A DNA stretch of 10,204 nt from Octopus sinensis (lineage: Eukaryota): contig NW_021827387.1 in NCBI RefSeq assembly GCF_006345805.1, forward strand, positions 1-10,204, read 5' to 3'. Each line of letters starts with the position of its first letter. Positions within the stretch are counted from its first letter, which is position 1. The translations under genes were made by a program, and so were the position numbers. Under the pieces are notes generated by a model. The model did no database searches. It saw only the letters and a program-made list of their open reading frames with translations, and was not told the DNA's origin. This document shows positions 8,152-10,204 of this stretch, one piece after another.

Positions 8152-8190
8152 AAAATCAAAATCAAAATCAAAATCAAACCAAATCAAATC
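8152..8190 (+). repeat. (AAAATC)4 plus degenerate units in the LINE 3' UTR
   Basis: Direct reading. Confidence 0.9.
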
Positions 8191-8278
8191 AGATATCAGA
8201 AAGCAGAACCAAAATCGAAGTCGATCAACATCAATGGAAATTGCAGCTGTGATACCAGTGCCGGTGACAAGTAAGCGA

Positions 8279-8527
8279 ACCATCCGAACGTGGCCATTGC
8301 CAGCGCCGCCCCGACTGGCCTCCTTGCTTGTGGCACGTAAAAAGCACCATCCGTTCGTGGCCGTTGCCAGCCTCGCCTGGCCCCCGTGCCGGTGGCACGT
8401 AGCACCATCCGTTCGTGGCCGATGCCAGCCTCGCCTGGCCCCGTGCCGATGGCACATAAAAAGCACCATCCGATCGTGGCCGTTTGCCAGACTCGTCTGG
8501 CACCTGTGCGGGTGGCACGTAAAAAGC
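8279..8527 (+). repeat. four ~62-bp GC-rich tandem units in the LINE 3' UTR
   Basis: ACCATCCG starts at 8279, 8346, 8404 and 8465. Unit lengths are 67, 58, 61 and 63 bp. Confidence 0.9.
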
Positions 8528-8679
8528 ACCCACTACACTCACGGAGTGGCTGGCGTTAGGAAGGGCATCCAGCCGTAGAAACATTGCCAGATCAGAATGG
8601 AGCCTGGTGCAGCCTTCTGGCTTCCCAGACCCCAGTTGAACCGTCCAACCCATGCTAGCATGGAAAGCGGACGCTAACC

Positions 8680-8969
<290 letters not shown>

Positions 8970-9496
8970 GAGTGAGAGAGGCAGTTCATGCCATCAAAGT
9001 GACACTGGGGTAAAATATACAAAGCCCAATATACCCATCATGACTACCCGTCTGATAAAGGTACACCAGGCACATGCATCACAACCATATGTGCGCGACA
9101 TGGTGATCTCATATCAAGATAAACAGCACATGACCTTGCAGGGGGGCCCGTTAGAATTTTCTTCAGGTTGAGTAGCCCATCCCGCTCAAACGGTCCTGAA
9201 TAAGGGTTGTTTAAGGATGTTGAAAGAACCACCCATGTTTCCAGAGGTGAACTATTCAAACCCCAAAGAATCCCTCTCAACACATGGCTATGATGCTCCC
9301 CCACTATTTCTGCTCATGATCAGAGATGCACATATCGTCAGCCACTAAGGGACATGGTCAACTGGTTAAGGTCAAACAAACTGACAAGCAAATCTGTGGT
9401 ATTGAGCAGAATTTTGCTGTAGCCCATCTTTTATATATATACCAAGAAAACAATGTACATGATAACACTTCCAAACAATGTACATGATAACACTTC
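8970..9496 (-). mobile_element. probable interspersed-repeat fragment (SINE/LINE 3' region) with (AAT)n tail on the minus strand
   Basis: Complex sequence running directly into (AAT)n on the minus strand (...CTCTCTCACTC-AATAATAAT). It resembles an abundant octopus repeat from memory; no family could be assigned. Confidence 0.4.
9448..9496 (+). repeat. 24-bp direct duplication AAACAATGTACATGATAACACTTC x 2
   Basis: Copies at 9448-9471 and 9473-9496, with a 1-bp spacer. Confidence 0.95.
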
Positions 9497-9542
9497 AATT
9501 ATTATTATTATTATTATCATTATTATTATGATTATTTATTCA

Positions 9543-9573
<31 letters not shown>

Positions 9574-9835
9574 TGTTACTATTATTATTATTATTATTAT
9601 TATTATCATCATCATCATTATTATTATTATTATTATCATCATCATCATCCTCATTATTATGATCATTATCATTATTATTATTATGATTATCATCATTATT
9701 ATTATTATCATTATTATTATTATTATCATCATCATCATCATTATTATTATTATTATCATCATCATCATCATCATCATTCTTCTTCTTCTTCTTCTTCTTC
9801 TTATTATTATCATTATCATTATTATCATTATATTA

Positions 9836-9883
<48 letters not shown>
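9497..9883. repeat. compound (ATT)/(ATC)/(TTC) trinucleotide microsatellite
   Basis: Direct reading; (TTC)8 island at 9777-9800. Confidence 0.97.
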
Positions 9884-9888
<5 letters not shown>

Positions 9889-10204
9889 AATGTATGAGTG
9901 TGGGACTTTTCATTATATACACATATATATAGCACCGATGTGATTTTGTGTAGGCGTGTATGATTGCATACACACACACATGAGTGTGTGTGTTTGTGTG
10001 GAGGGTCGTGGTGGGAGCGTGCATAGGACATTACTAATGTACACAAATACACATTCTTGCTTAGTCACCGACGTTGGTACCAAATAGTGTTCTCTCGGCC
10101 TTTTGTGGATGCCACCCAGAGAGGTCATGAAAAGGAAATTCTGATAATCTGACTCACGGCCTGTTGTTAAATGCGTCTGGACATGTTTCACAGAATATGT
10201 AAAC

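Noticed and set aside
9970-9993. (AC)5-ATGA-(GT)5 hairpin
   Set aside because: Trivial juxtaposition of complementary dinucleotide repeats, expected in this composition.
9828-10191. ORFs at the window end
   Set aside because: Short, partly low-complexity, no recognisable domain or convincing exon structure.

Overview
This is non-coding, repeat-saturated eukaryotic DNA with no intact protein-coding gene. The SINE types and the microsatellite density suggest a coleoid cephalopod, probably Octopus; that is inference from recalled repeat families, not a database result. From left to right: poly-A and pyrimidine tracts; a (TATC)n microsatellite; a tRNA-derived SINE whose 258-bp 3' module is repeated about 2.3 times (+); a 110-bp near-perfect palindrome; inverted arms of a foldback-like repeat around (TA)n; a 3.1-kb head-to-tail array of a ~229-bp Helentron/HINE-like monomer; a CORE-type SINE; a second foldback arm pair; a second copy of the first SINE family with 5 x 258-bp modules and a 16-bp TSD (-); the 3' end of an RTE-like LINE with a (GAT)n tail; a probable minus-strand repeat; and long (ATT/ATC)n tracts. 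All ORFs in the track are explained by microsatellites or repeats. The only credible coding remnant is a 20-aa RTE-like C-terminus. The most interesting structures are the SINE with a polymerised 3' module and the in-phase 229-bp concatemer next to a foldback arm.
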